From IMG/VR virus record IMGVR_UViG_3300008255_000286, positions 1 to 34,879 of that record: a stretch of DNA of 34,879 nucleotides; one strand, written 5' to 3'. The position numbers were made by a program, and so were the translations under genes. This document shows, piece after piece, positions 1 to 8,819 of the stretch (positions are counted from its first letter, which is position 1; every line of letters starts with the position of its first letter). This DNA is from a virus. Lineage: Duplodnaviria; Caudoviricetes. Below the pieces are notes generated by a model. It was not told where the DNA came from and did no database searches. It worked only from the letters and a program-made list of their open reading frames with translations.

Positions 1-212
1 GGTCCGTATATCTCGATGATGCGACCTTTCGCAATTCCGCCAACGCCTAGAGCAGCATCAAGACTGACAGACCCTGTCGGGATAACATCTATTTTTACTT
101 TCTTGTCTCCGTCAAGTTTCATGATGATTCCTTCACCGTGTTTTTCTTCCATCTTCTCGATTGCTTCTTTCAAACTGAGTTTCTCAGTATTGATTTGTTT
201 TGATTTCGCCAT
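1..212 (-). CDS. recA: RecA recombinase, N-terminal part (runs off the window edge)
   Basis: Not in the ORF track. My translation from ATG at 212 is [70 protein letters not shown], with the RecA signature [25 protein letters not shown]. Confidence 0.93.
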   Translation of the reverse strand, partial: MAKSKQINTEKLSLKEAIEKMEEKHGEGIIMKLDGDKKVKIDVIPTGSVSLDAALGVGGIAKGRIIEIYG

Positions 213-213
213 A

Positions 214-390
214 TCAGTCTAATTTTTTATTTGGATCGAATCTCTCTTTCCACAACTTTTTAAGATGTGTTATTCCAAATTGGCGTGGGAATGCAAACAT
301 GAACCGCTTTCCGCTAGCAGCAGCATCAAGCACTTTCTTCTGTGCTTCACTTAAACCAGTTGTAGTAGTCGAGTTGTTCTTGTCCTTCAT
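214..390 (-). CDS. Small hypothetical protein (58 aa, MKDKNNS...)
   Basis: Distal part of ORF 214..534. ATG at 390 minimises the overlap with the Fic gene and the stop abuts the recA start. Confidence 0.45.
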   Translation of the reverse strand: MKDKNNSTTTTGLSEAQKKVLDAAASGKRFMFAFPRQFGITHLKKLWKERFDPNKKLD

Positions 391-847
391 GAATAATGTG
401 GATAGGAAGGCCCAGACGAATTCTGTGCCAATTGTAAATAATACGACCTGTTCGACCATTCCCATCCTCGAATGGATGGATTGTTTCGAATAACACGTGA
501 GCATCTTTGCATGCTGTTTCTCTCTCTGAGTCATCGAGTCTGAATGAACTCATTAGCATATCGACGACATCTTGCAATTGCGTTTCTAGCAGCTCTACGC
601 TTCTGAATCTTCGAAGGTGTCCGCCAATCCACACGTCGCATGTTCGTATTTTTCCAGCGATGTCTGGACGAAGTCGTTTCATGAGATGCTCATGCACTGC
701 TAGAATATCTTTGAATGTCAGCAAGTCTACTGACATCACACGAGCCCATGCGTCATGTGCATCTTCTAATGCTGCCTCAGAGTACTCACGCTCAATTGCG
801 TTAGATTCCCTGAGAAATTCTTTGACTTCATTTGCTGTCGGATTCAT
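347..847 (-). CDS. Fic/Doc-family protein (AMPylase-like)
   Basis: Canonical Fic motif HPFEDGNGRTGR and N-terminal ESNAIE. Confidence 0.92.
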   Translation of the reverse strand: MNPTANEVKEFLRESNAIEREYSEAALEDAHDAWARVMSVDLLTFKDILAVHEHLMKRLRPDIAGKIRTCDVWIGGHLRRFRSVELLETQLQDVVDMLMSSFRLDDSERETACKDAHVLFETIHPFEDGNGRTGRIIYNWHRIRLGLPIHIIHEGQEQLDYYNWFK

Positions 848-1142
848 TGTCTTTCTTTTTAAAGTCTTCAGGCGTCTGCTTCTTCTTAGTTTCAGTGCAG
901 AAGTCTTCGACTAGTTTAGAACACTTTTCACAAGTGTCGATGTAGACCTTTTCGACGACATCTTTGTTTGCTAATTCACCGACTCTTTCTGAATAGAACG
1001 GTGACAAAGGCGTTATTACGCTTCCGCTTTTTCCGAAAGTAGAACGAATTCGAGCAATTTCAATCTTGCCAGCTGCTTTGTCGCCTTTCTCGAAATCTAT
1101 TTTGACCCCGCAGAGGTCACAAATTAAGTATTCTACTTTCAT
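828..1142 (-). CDS. Hypothetical protein with two CxxC motifs (possible Zn ribbon)
   Basis: CDLC near the N-terminus and CEKC near the C-terminus; operon-like packing. Confidence 0.6.
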   Translation of the reverse strand: MKVEYLICDLCGVKIDFEKGDKAAGKIEIARIRSTFGKSGSVITPLSPFYSERVGELANKDVVEKVYIDTCEKCSKLVEDFCTETKKKQTPEDFKKKDNESDSK

Positions 1143-1144
1143 GA

Positions 1145-1399
1145 TTATTTCTCTTCTTCCTTCGTCTTCCTAGCGTCTGGGTCTGCAATTGCACCCATCT
1201 CGACTTCATGTCGAACATACGACATCGCTTCTGAAACTGAGCCCGCTATCGAAGAAGACGTCCAGTTAAGGTGCACACCCTTCTCATTCTCCAGCCAGAA
1301 GCACCACACGTCCTTCTCACGGAAGAACACATGGAACGGCATCTTCAAAGCTCGTTTGATGAGCTTAATCCGAGGAATCACTGTTTTTGGTTCTCTCAT
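1145..1399 (-). CDS. Hypothetical protein
   Basis: 84-aa ORF downstream of a sigma70-type promoter, 2 nt from the next gene. Confidence 0.6.
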   Translation of the reverse strand: MREPKTVIPRIKLIKRALKMPFHVFFREKDVWCFWLENEKGVHLNWTSSSIAGSVSEAMSYVRHEVEMGAIADPDARKTKEEEK

Positions 1400-1431
1400 G
1401 TTGTTGTTAATTACCTGATAACTTATTATAC

Positions 1432-1460
1432 ATTATACCACATCATCGACCGTTAGTAAA
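1432..1460 (-). promoter_or_regulatory. Sigma70-type promoter
   Basis: Minus strand TTTACT-N17-TATAAT with extended -10 (TGgTATAAT). Confidence 0.7.
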
Positions 1461-1534
1461 ATGGGTTGTGTTCATAACCTTTTTATTGTGCCAATAGTCG
1501 CCATCTGCAAATATGCAGATAAATGCGTCAGCAA

Positions 1535-2026
1535 TCAAAGATTGTGACGCTGCCCGAAAGTCGCTATGAGGAGACTATCTGTGAGTCCGTCATGCGGCTT
1601 TTTGCTTCGTTCAGTAGCTAGAAATGATTGGTCTGGATAGAGTTGTTTTGCTATGATGACTGACGCTTGTTTAGTGTTCTCAGAATTGAGGTCTCTGAAC
1701 ATCTCTTTCTGCCACGTCTTCGCATGAACGATGGTGTAAGGCATCTTCAGAGCAGCTGTGATGCCTATCATCATTCCGTATAGCTTTCCGAATGAGAATG
1801 CTGAGACGGTGCCCAATTTCGGCATGGCGTGAGCCTTCTCGATGACCACCGTTGCATCAGAATGTCTAGTCAATATTTCTACTATAGCATGGACGTCGTA
1901 CTCTCCGCGTGTGTCAGTAGCTTGCACTGTCGGCATCGTGAGCAATTCCAAAACCTTCTTGCCTTCTATTACAGCTATTCCTCCAGAAAGTCCATTGTCG
2001 ATTCCACAATAAGTTTTGTTATTCAT
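1535..2026 (-). CDS. RuvC-like Holliday junction resolvase
   Basis: RNase H-fold acidic motifs GIDNG, VVIEK and HDGLTDSLLIA; 163 aa. Confidence 0.85.
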   Translation of the reverse strand: MNNKTYCGIDNGLSGGIAVIEGKKVLELLTMPTVQATDTRGEYDVHAIVEILTRHSDATVVIEKAHAMPKLGTVSAFSFGKLYGMMIGITAALKMPYTIVHAKTWQKEMFRDLNSENTKQASVIIAKQLYPDQSFLATERSKKPHDGLTDSLLIATFGQRHNL

Positions 2027-2064
2027 TACTATTGTTTATGTTGTTAATACACTTCGTAAATATC

Positions 2065-2640
2065 TTATAACACGCAACCATACTCGCTACAAAGGTCATG
2101 ACGATTCCATTGCCGAAACTTTTCGTTGTTAATCTTCGAAAGCTCTTCGATGCTGAAGACGTCGTCGTACTGAAAAAGAATTGAAGAATGCTTGAACCCG
2201 ATGTCGTGCTTCAGTTCGTTCTTGTGGTCTGTGAACTTTCCTTTGTGAGTGTGCTGACGAAAATCAAATCCCAAAAGCATGTTGTCTGGAATATACAGAC
2301 GTAGAATCAACAATCTGTAAGCTGGATTCTCGTTTAGGAAGTCTACCCACTCTTTGAATTGTCGATTGTTTAATTTTAGATTTGTGTAGTACGCTATCGT
2401 CATCTTGTCTGCCAACGAGCTCATCGTAGTCTTGACGTCTGCGTATGTGGGAATATTGTCGTAGTCGAAACGAGCGTCATAATGCGAATAGTACAAACTG
2501 GGAGTACGTGAAAGATGAATCACATTTTTGATTGTGTTTTTTGAAAGTCTTTCGAGGCGACCTTTCTCCATGAGCAAGTCTTCAACGACAGTGCCTAGAA
2601 AGCGTTGCACACATGATTCACATTGTCTACGATTCTTCAT
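2065..2640 (-). CDS. Hypothetical protein (~191 aa)
   Basis: Long ORF; probable start MKNRRQC at 2640 overlaps the upstream stop. No motif recognised. Confidence 0.6.
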   Translation of the reverse strand: MKNRRQCESCVQRFLGTVVEDLLMEKGRLERLSKNTIKNVIHLSRTPSLYYSHYDARFDYDNIPTYADVKTTMSSLADKMTIAYYTNLKLNNRQFKEWVDFLNENPAYRLLILRLYIPDNMLLGFDFRQHTHKGKFTDHKNELKHDIGFKHSSILFQYDDVFSIEELSKINNEKFRQWNRHDLCSEYGCVL

Positions 2641-2953
2641 GACTGATATTTTTATAGTATCTTGCATTTGCCCGTATGAACATCTTGTCATCTGTTGTAA
2701 GAGAGTATCCATTGCTTTTCAAATAGTTGAAAGTTTTTTGAAGTAATTTTTTCTGGACTTCAAAAGTCGCAAGACTTCCATTTCCGATATGACATTTGTG
2801 ATTGTGAATAGGACACGCATTGAGGGGCGAGTCTGAAACACGACCCAGGATGTGGTGGAGGGCATCTTGCCCGTTTGTGCCACACCAAAAACATGAATAG
2901 TTGAATATAAATAATGCTCTTGTCTCATCTGAAAAATTATTTTGTAGATGCAT
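2627..2953 (-). CDS. Small HNH-like Zn-binding nuclease (phage recombination-associated type)
   Basis: Pattern CFWCG...ALHHI...NACPIHNHKCH. Confidence 0.6.
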   Translation of the reverse strand: MHLQNNFSDETRALFIFNYSCFWCGTNGQDALHHILGRVSDSPLNACPIHNHKCHIGNGSLATFEVQKKLLQKTFNYLKSNGYSLTTDDKMFIRANARYYKNISHEES

Positions 2954-3527
2954 ACCGTTGTATTTTATTTATACATTTCTGAATATCAGTAGTTATCTCA
3001 TGTTCCCAGAATCTAAAAACTCTAAATCCAGCTAATTTTAATTTCTTATCTTGCTCGACATCTATCTTATGCCTATTTGTATTTCTGTCTGGGCAACATT
3101 TTTCACACCCATGCCAGTAGCATCCATCACATTGAATAATAATTGAAAAGTTTGGAAGATAGAAATCGACGATTGCTATTTTTTGGATTCTTTTATTTTG
3201 CAGATATTCGAACTTTGCTTCTTTTAATGCAATTGCGATTCGATGTTCTAATTTGTTGTTTGAGTATGTTTGATTTCTATCGCCACTCATGTTAGAAGAA
3301 TCTGAACATTTCCATGAGCGTCCGTTTGCAATAGAATTTCCCAGCATTCGTATTCTGAGAAGTTCTCTAACTTCTTTTCGTTTTGAGGGATTTTTTGTTT
3401 TCATACGGAGACTAGTTTTTCGTCTCATCGATATTGGCATCGGTTTAGAGTTTTTTCTCCCTTTCAATGCAGCAGTGATTTTTGCTTGATGCTCTTTTGT
3501 TTTAATGTGCTTCCAATGTTTTCCCAT
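2937..3527 (-). CDS. NUMOD3 + Vsr/DUF559-like putative homing endonuclease
   Basis: Basic NUMOD3-like N-terminus; C-terminal VDFY..QCDGCYWHG...GFRVFRFWEHE. Confidence 0.8.
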   Translation of the reverse strand: MGKHWKHIKTKEHQAKITAALKGRKNSKPMPISMRRKTSLRMKTKNPSKRKEVRELLRIRMLGNSIANGRSWKCSDSSNMSGDRNQTYSNNKLEHRIAIALKEAKFEYLQNKRIQKIAIVDFYLPNFSIIIQCDGCYWHGCEKCCPDRNTNRHKIDVEQDKKLKLAGFRVFRFWEHEITTDIQKCINKIQRYASTK

Positions 3528-3533
3528 ATTGAT

Positions 3534-3562
3534 ATTATATCATGCATAATTCCAAATGAAAA
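3534..3562 (-). promoter_or_regulatory. Sigma70-type promoter, leaderless
   Basis: TTTTCA-N17-TATAAT (TGaTATAAT), 6 nt before the ATG at 3527. Confidence 0.55.
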
Positions 3563-3573
3563 GCGTTCTTGTT

Positions 3574-4191
3574 TCATCGCTGAATGGGTTTTGAAGTTGC
3601 ATGCAGTCTATTTGTTAACTCGACCTTATATGTATTCACTGTCTCTTCGTACTCGCCAATTCTTTTCAAATACGACGGGTGTCTGACAGTCATGACTTTG
3701 TCTTTCACCAGCCATTCGATTTGCTTCATCGCATCCCGAGCAACTGCTCCGACCGCTACGATTACTAATGGCTCTACTAACAAAATTTGATTCTCAAGAA
3801 TTTTTATTTCGCGTGCTGGGATGTATTTCGGAATGATATTGTCTTGGAACGGGCATTTGAAAACGTTTGTGAACGAAATGCTAGACCAGTCATCGTCGTA
3901 GATGTCGTTGATAAAGATTCCATACGTTCCTCTCTTTGATTTCAGTGCTTTAGCATACAGAATTTCTAGCTTGTCGTAATCTTTATCGCAATACGCATCA
4001 AAGTACTCGTCATCGGTGTCTGTTTTCAGAAGTCCTGGATTCTGTGCAACGAAAAGAACTTTGTTGCCACTAAAATATCCTGGCATCACACAATCGTCAG
4101 GGATTGCATCTGTGAACCGAGAGACGTCGTATTTGTCGACAATCAAACGGCTGTATTTTTTCAATTCTTCTTTATTCATTGACGAGTGCAA
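3574..4191 (-). CDS. Uracil-DNA glycosylase superfamily protein (family 4-like)
   Basis: Motifs VLFVAQNPG, FTNVFKC, IVAVGAVA and HPS. Confidence 0.8.
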   Translation of the reverse strand: MHSSMNKEELKKYSRLIVDKYDVSRFTDAIPDDCVMPGYFSGNKVLFVAQNPGLLKTDTDDEYFDAYCDKDYDKLEILYAKALKSKRGTYGIFINDIYDDDWSSISFTNVFKCPFQDNIIPKYIPAREIKILENQILLVEPLVIVAVGAVARDAMKQIEWLVKDKVMTVRHPSYLKRIGEYEETVNTYKVELTNRLHATSKPIQR

Positions 4192-5203
4192 GAAATTGCT
4201 CTACTCTCTTTTCGACAGTGTGCTCTTTCATGAGCTTGTCACGTTCTTCAAGAAGTCGAATTCTATCTACCTGTACGGCATCCCATCGAGCGACGATGTC
4301 ATCACCGCTCTGAACAATCAATTCTTTCGGGAAGAACTTTTCTGCTCCGACCACTCCTGCATCGCAGAAGCACAGACAACGAGCCATTTGTGAAGTAAAC
4401 ACACGAGCAGTCATCAGACCCCTGTCTCTTGCGAAGTCTGGAACGATATGAAGAGTCGCTTTTGCTCTTCGCATGACAGGAATCGCTGCCCAATGGTTTG
4501 TGCTGCCAGCGAATCTAAAGTTAGTGAATTGACTTGAGAACTTCTTTCTCTCTTCGTCAGCAACCCAGCTTCCGAAGACTAATTTGTCGAATGACGCATC
4601 GTTCAAGGGTGCGAAAAATTGCAGTGCTTGCGGCTGACGGAAGTAGATATTCCCGAGGAATACGAAATCGAGTTTCCTTTCAGGTGTCTCTTGGTCGTGA
4701 CGAGTGTACGTGAAGAACGGGAAAAATACTTCTCGTTTGAACTTCCCAGTGGGAACGATAGCTGGGTGCAGGAAGATGACTTCTTCACGCATTCTGTCAG
4801 TGAATTCGTCTGTGAACATATCCTGCTCCCAAACAAATACTTTCTTGCCAGCGTCTAGAAAAGTGTTGATGAGCTTGTAGAGAATCTCATTCTCAATCTT
4901 GTTCGTCAAAGGGCGAGGTTGACAGAGCAAGAAGTCGTATTCGCTTGCATCAAAGAAGTCCCAAGACCTCTTCATTTTCGTGTGTATTGAGTCACGCATT
5001 CCGAGTAGATATTCGGGCTGAAAGTGAACTCCAATTTTCTGAAGTTCTGGATTATCTGTTGAGTTGTCTAAGTCTATTCCCACCCAGTCGAGCTGCATGT
5101 GCTTATGAAGCTCATTAACAAATGGGAAAAGAACATCTGCGTACGTGTGAGGTCCCGAGTACTTGTTGTCTAGAGGACCGACATTAAATATTGCTCCTTT
5201 CAT
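4172..5203 (-). CDS. GT-B glycosyltransferase, T4 beta-glucosyltransferase-like (putative DNA glycosyltransferase)
   Basis: 343 aa; C-terminal DFVFLGNIYFR, MTARVF and HTVEKRVEQFL resemble BGT/CgeB-type GT-B nucleotide-sugar domains; genomic context supports it. Confidence 0.65.
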   Translation of the reverse strand: MKGAIFNVGPLDNKYSGPHTYADVLFPFVNELHKHMQLDWVGIDLDNSTDNPELQKIGVHFQPEYLLGMRDSIHTKMKRSWDFFDASEYDFLLCQPRPLTNKIENEILYKLINTFLDAGKKVFVWEQDMFTDEFTDRMREEVIFLHPAIVPTGKFKREVFFPFFTYTRHDQETPERKLDFVFLGNIYFRQPQALQFFAPLNDASFDKLVFGSWVADEERKKFSSQFTNFRFAGSTNHWAAIPVMRRAKATLHIVPDFARDRGLMTARVFTSQMARCLCFCDAGVVGAEKFFPKELIVQSGDDIVARWDAVQVDRIRLLEERDKLMKEHTVEKRVEQFLALVNE

Positions 5204-5204
5204 A

Positions 5205-5357
5205 TTATGTTGTTGTTCTGCTATCTTTAATCAAACGATATGCTTGTCGTAGACCGTCGACAAACCCCTTTCTCCAATCATCTGGCATGTTTTGAGGAGT
5301 ATTCTTGCACCCTTCTATTTTTTGCTTGATGATTTCTAATGCTTCTCTTTTCGTCAT
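5205..5357 (-). CDS. Small hypothetical protein (50 aa)
   Basis: My translation MTKREALEIIKQKIEGCKNTPQNMPDDWRKGFVDGLRQAYRLIKDSRTTT; ATGA overlap with the upstream gene and fills the gap exactly. Confidence 0.55.
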   Translation of the reverse strand: MTKREALEIIKQKIEGCKNTPQNMPDDWRKGFVDGLRQAYRLIKDSRTTT

Positions 5358-6649
5358 ATGGTGTTAAGTTTAGCTGCTAAATCTTTTGCCCATCTGATGT
5401 TGTCTTCTATCGAACAGTATGTCCAGAGACCGTACCTCCCTGTCAAATAGACCCCTTGCTCTTCCAACGATGTGCGATACTTTGATACTTTTGAATCAGT
5501 ATCTGTCTCGATGATTGCGTACGCTGGAGACATCAAGAGTTGCTGAGAATCTTTGATGACTGCATCATCGTAAATGAAGCCATGCTTTCTGAGCGATCGA
5601 TCAATTTCTTCGAGAGACGGTGCGACATCTTGCATTCCAGAGGGAGTAGACACTTCGACATAGATGCTAGTGTCGGGTTTCCCTGACATATAGCTGTAGT
5701 AGCCGACTCTGTAGAATGGAATATGCTCGTCTGGAACGTACACCCAGCAGCGATTGTCGATGGTCGGAGAACTCTCTCCTTTATATGTGATATTGTAGAC
5801 ATTCACATCTACGCTTCTCAAACCAACGTCCGCCTGATGAGTTAGTTTAGTAAATAGATTTAATGGCAGTGTGTTGATAAGTGTCTCGTATGTGATTGTA
5901 CATTTGTCAGTCTTCACTATCTTTTGGTAGATGTCGATGTCTATTATTTCTTCATTGAGTGATGCGTTCACTGTTTTTTCCTTAACGAACGCATCTACTA
6001 GACCTTGAATGCCCGACGTCGGAGAGTACAAGAAGAGACTATTGTACCCGAAGTTTTTCGGTGCTTTGAAGTTTTCAATCACTTCAGCGAAAGAGACTTT
6101 CGGTATGAATCTTCTCATTCCGTCAGCAGAGATATTCTTCAACTCTGTGCAATACAATTTCTCGTTGTAGGGCTTGAAGAAAATGTCTGTGATTTTGTTT
6201 CCAAACGTGTTTCTGACAAGGTCTTCAAACGAAGCGATATGACCTGTCACTTTGTCTGCTATTCCAGCGTACCAGAGGTCAGTAAGAGCATCGATGAAAA
6301 CGCCTTTGTCGAGTTGATGGATGTTAGCTTGGAATGGATAGTCTACCACTTGACTAACTCTGCCGTCAGGGCCCATCATCGCAATTCCTGCCCGTCTTTC
6401 GTATTGTCTGAATTCCCCAGTTGAATGTTTGGCCACGAGGTCTCTCACGTATTTCTCAATTTCAATATCTTTGAAATGCATGAAGTGACCCGAGTAATCG
6501 AAGATAGAGTCTCCGACTTTGAATGATTTGCAAAGACCGCCGAGTCGGTCAGTCTTCTCTATAATGAGATAGTCGTCTTTGTCGTAGAAGTGGCTGAATG
6601 CTATTCCACTGATGCCGCCGCCGAGAATGAGAGTGTTGACTGATTCCAT
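5354..6649 (-). CDS. FAD-dependent oxidoreductase, UDP-galactopyranose mutase-like
   Basis: N-terminal GGGISG Rossmann motif, GGLCKS..FDYSGH, FFKPYNEKLY, AY and GRYGLWTY...ED. Confidence 0.75.
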   Translation of the reverse strand: MESVNTLILGGGISGIAFSHFYDKDDYLIIEKTDRLGGLCKSFKVGDSIFDYSGHFMHFKDIEIEKYVRDLVAKHSTGEFRQYERRAGIAMMGPDGRVSQVVDYPFQANIHQLDKGVFIDALTDLWYAGIADKVTGHIASFEDLVRNTFGNKITDIFFKPYNEKLYCTELKNISADGMRRFIPKVSFAEVIENFKAPKNFGYNSLFLYSPTSGIQGLVDAFVKEKTVNASLNEEIIDIDIYQKIVKTDKCTITYETLINTLPLNLFTKLTHQADVGLRSVDVNVYNITYKGESSPTIDNRCWVYVPDEHIPFYRVGYYSYMSGKPDTSIYVEVSTPSGMQDVAPSLEEIDRSLRKHGFIYDDAVIKDSQQLLMSPAYAIIETDTDSKVSKYRTSLEEQGVYLTGRYGLWTYCSIEDNIRWAKDLAAKLNTI

Positions 6650-6658
6650 ATCATTTAC

Positions 6659-6687
6659 ATTATACTATATCGTTCAAGCTCTGTAAA
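6659..6687 (-). promoter_or_regulatory. Sigma70-type promoter
   Basis: TTTACA-N17-TATAAT, 9 nt before the ATG at 6649. Confidence 0.7.
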
Positions 6688-6707
6688 GGTGTGTTTTCGA
6701 GGGTATT

Positions 6708-7619
6708 TTATTTAGTTGTATGACTAAACCCATACACAAAGTTGTCAATCTTTTTTAACTGCTCTTTCAGATTCTCATCGGTCGTGTCTAAAACTAGAAT
6801 TTTACATTTTGTTTCTTTAGCAAAACGCATGTATTCTTTTTGAACTTTCTCAACTTGCTTTCTAGTAAACAAAGTATCTTTGCGTTTAGCATTTTTTATG
6901 CACAAAATAATTTTTGTGCCAATTTTCGAGTGCTCTAAATCTACAATTCTCCAGTATTTTTCATCAATTGCTCTGAATGCTCTTCCGTAGCATATCTCAC
7001 TCGGGTAGTTTCGATCAAATGCTGCGTTGAACTTAACCTGTCTCACAAACGAGATAAAGAATTCTGCTTCTAATTCATGACCTAGCTTCAGGATGTCGGG
7101 TGACACGTCTTTTACGTATACTTTGTCTTTTTTCAATTTGAAATAATTGAATTCGACATGTCGTTTTACAAATGCTTTTGCTATATGTGTTTTTCCACAC
7201 CCGTCAGGCCCTTCAAATATAACAGCCTTAGGAAGAGTCGTGCCTCTTAAAATCCATAAAATGTCATCATAGTAGTCTTTTGCGTTTTTAGCGTATTTAG
7301 CATAATTCGGTTTTCCGTATTCAACTTCAACACCCGTCACTTCTATATCTTTTCCTTTGATCGCTATTATGTCTGGAGTCGTCCGATGACCGACGGGTAT
7401 ACAGCGATATCCTAATTTTTCAAGAGCTGGTATTTCTGCTAGAAGTCTTTCAACTGTGCGATATCTGGCTTGTCGAAACGCTTCTTTTTCTGCGTCAGTC
7501 CAGGGTCGTGTTTTTTTTCCTAGATGTGCTTTGCGCATTTTCGATTTTGATTTTTCAGACATCTTGTTGCCTATCAGTTTCAATCGTATCTTTTCACCGC
7601 GTCTATCTTTTTGTTGCAT
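6708..7619 (-). CDS. dNMP (thymidylate-type) kinase fused to an N-terminal NUMOD3/PD-(D/E)xK-like module
   Basis: C-terminal half has IFEGPDGCGKT and FDRNYPSE; N-terminal half has a basic NUMOD3-like segment and PDIIAIK..VEVE. Confidence 0.7.
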   Translation of the reverse strand: MQQKDRRGEKIRLKLIGNKMSEKSKSKMRKAHLGKKTRPWTDAEKEAFRQARYRTVERLLAEIPALEKLGYRCIPVGHRTTPDIIAIKGKDIEVTGVEVEYGKPNYAKYAKNAKDYYDDILWILRGTTLPKAVIFEGPDGCGKTHIAKAFVKRHVEFNYFKLKKDKVYVKDVSPDILKLGHELEAEFFISFVRQVKFNAAFDRNYPSEICYGRAFRAIDEKYWRIVDLEHSKIGTKIILCIKNAKRKDTLFTRKQVEKVQKEYMRFAKETKCKILVLDTTDENLKEQLKKIDNFVYGFSHTTK

Positions 7620-7715
7620 GCTACTTTTTATTGAAGACTTATTATAATTTTATTTTGCTTGCTTCGACGCAGCCGTTACTTCTCGTCCTTTCTTTCGTTG
7701 CTCTCGCTCTTTTTC

Positions 7716-8819
7716 TCATTGCTTCTTTGCTTCTTCGAATAATGATTTCTGCTTCGGTTTCTTTTTCTCTTCTCGTTCTGCAGCCTTGCGAACGCGCTCT
7801 TCTTCTCGTTGCTTCTTTGCTTCTTCTCTAGCTGCTTTCTTTTGAAGTCTTTCTTCTTCTCTTGCTTTCTTCGCTTCTTCTCTTTCTATTTTTCGCTGAG
7901 CTCTTGCTTCAACTTCTTTTTCTCGTTCGATGCGACGAATTTCTTTTTCTTCCGCTCTTTTCAGTTTCTCCTGTTCAGCCAACGAGTAGCTAGCCCATTC
8001 TTTTGAGTGTTCTGGCCAGATTGTCTGTAGAATTCTCATGATGGGGGCGTAGATTTGAGTATCCCAATAATATCGTCTGTCCCACGTACCGTCATAATCA
8101 TCGACATGCACAGCAGTCTGTTTTGGAACTGAAGCAGAGATGATGTAATCTATTCTAGTCCCCCAAGCATCTGCTTCTTCGCTCGGCTGTAGAATCAATC
8201 CCTTCTCGACCATTTGCTCAGCTAAGATAACGTGGGCAGATTTTGAAGCATATTTGTATGTCGGCTTCGACAACCTAGTACTGATGATGAGGTCTTCTTT
8301 TGAAACAGAAGTTTTCTCATCAAAAACTGTCTCTCTTAATTTGTTGAGCCATTCTACTATATGGTCTTTCCCCTTGTCTTCGTATGTGACCATCTTGGAC
8401 AAGTCTCTCATAGCTCTCTTTGTGATGCCAATTGTGTTTTTCTTTGCGTCTTCCAAGCCTTTGGAGAAAATCATGTCCGTCTTCTGACCATTCAACCACA
8501 TCATCGTTCCAGTGTATCGTTTCTTGTCGACCATAATCATCTTCCTGTACGCTTTCTCGTATTCTAGATGCACGATGTTTGTCGTCAGATGAAACTTCTC
8601 ATTCAGGAATTTGACTAATTTAGGATTCACAATGTCGTCGTTCAGCTTGTCGATGTCTTCATGAGTGCCGGGTAGCGGCACAAAAATGCTATCAGTATTG
8701 TGAACGATGATGTCATTTGCTAAAAATGCTTGAGTGCTGGGCACTTCAAAATCATACACGTATTGACCAGTATTCTGTATCTTTCTGATGCTAACAATTT
8801 TTTCTCTTTTTAATGACAT
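7716..8819 (-). CDS. polB: Family B DNA polymerase, C-terminal subunit, preceded by a split-intein C fragment
   Basis: First 41 aa end VYDFEV..FLANDIIVHN, followed by TDSIFV (second half of motif C), KKRY and KGLE. Confidence 0.9.
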   Translation of the reverse strand: MSLKREKIVSIRKIQNTGQYVYDFEVPSTQAFLANDIIVHNTDSIFVPLPGTHEDIDKLNDDIVNPKLVKFLNEKFHLTTNIVHLEYEKAYRKMIMVDKKRYTGTMMWLNGQKTDMIFSKGLEDAKKNTIGITKRAMRDLSKMVTYEDKGKDHIVEWLNKLRETVFDEKTSVSKEDLIISTRLSKPTYKYASKSAHVILAEQMVEKGLILQPSEEADAWGTRIDYIISASVPKQTAVHVDDYDGTWDRRYYWDTQIYAPIMRILQTIWPEHSKEWASYSLAEQEKLKRAEEKEIRRIEREKEVEARAQRKIEREEAKKAREEERLQKKAAREEAKKQREEERVRKAAEREEKKKPKQKSLFEEAKKQ

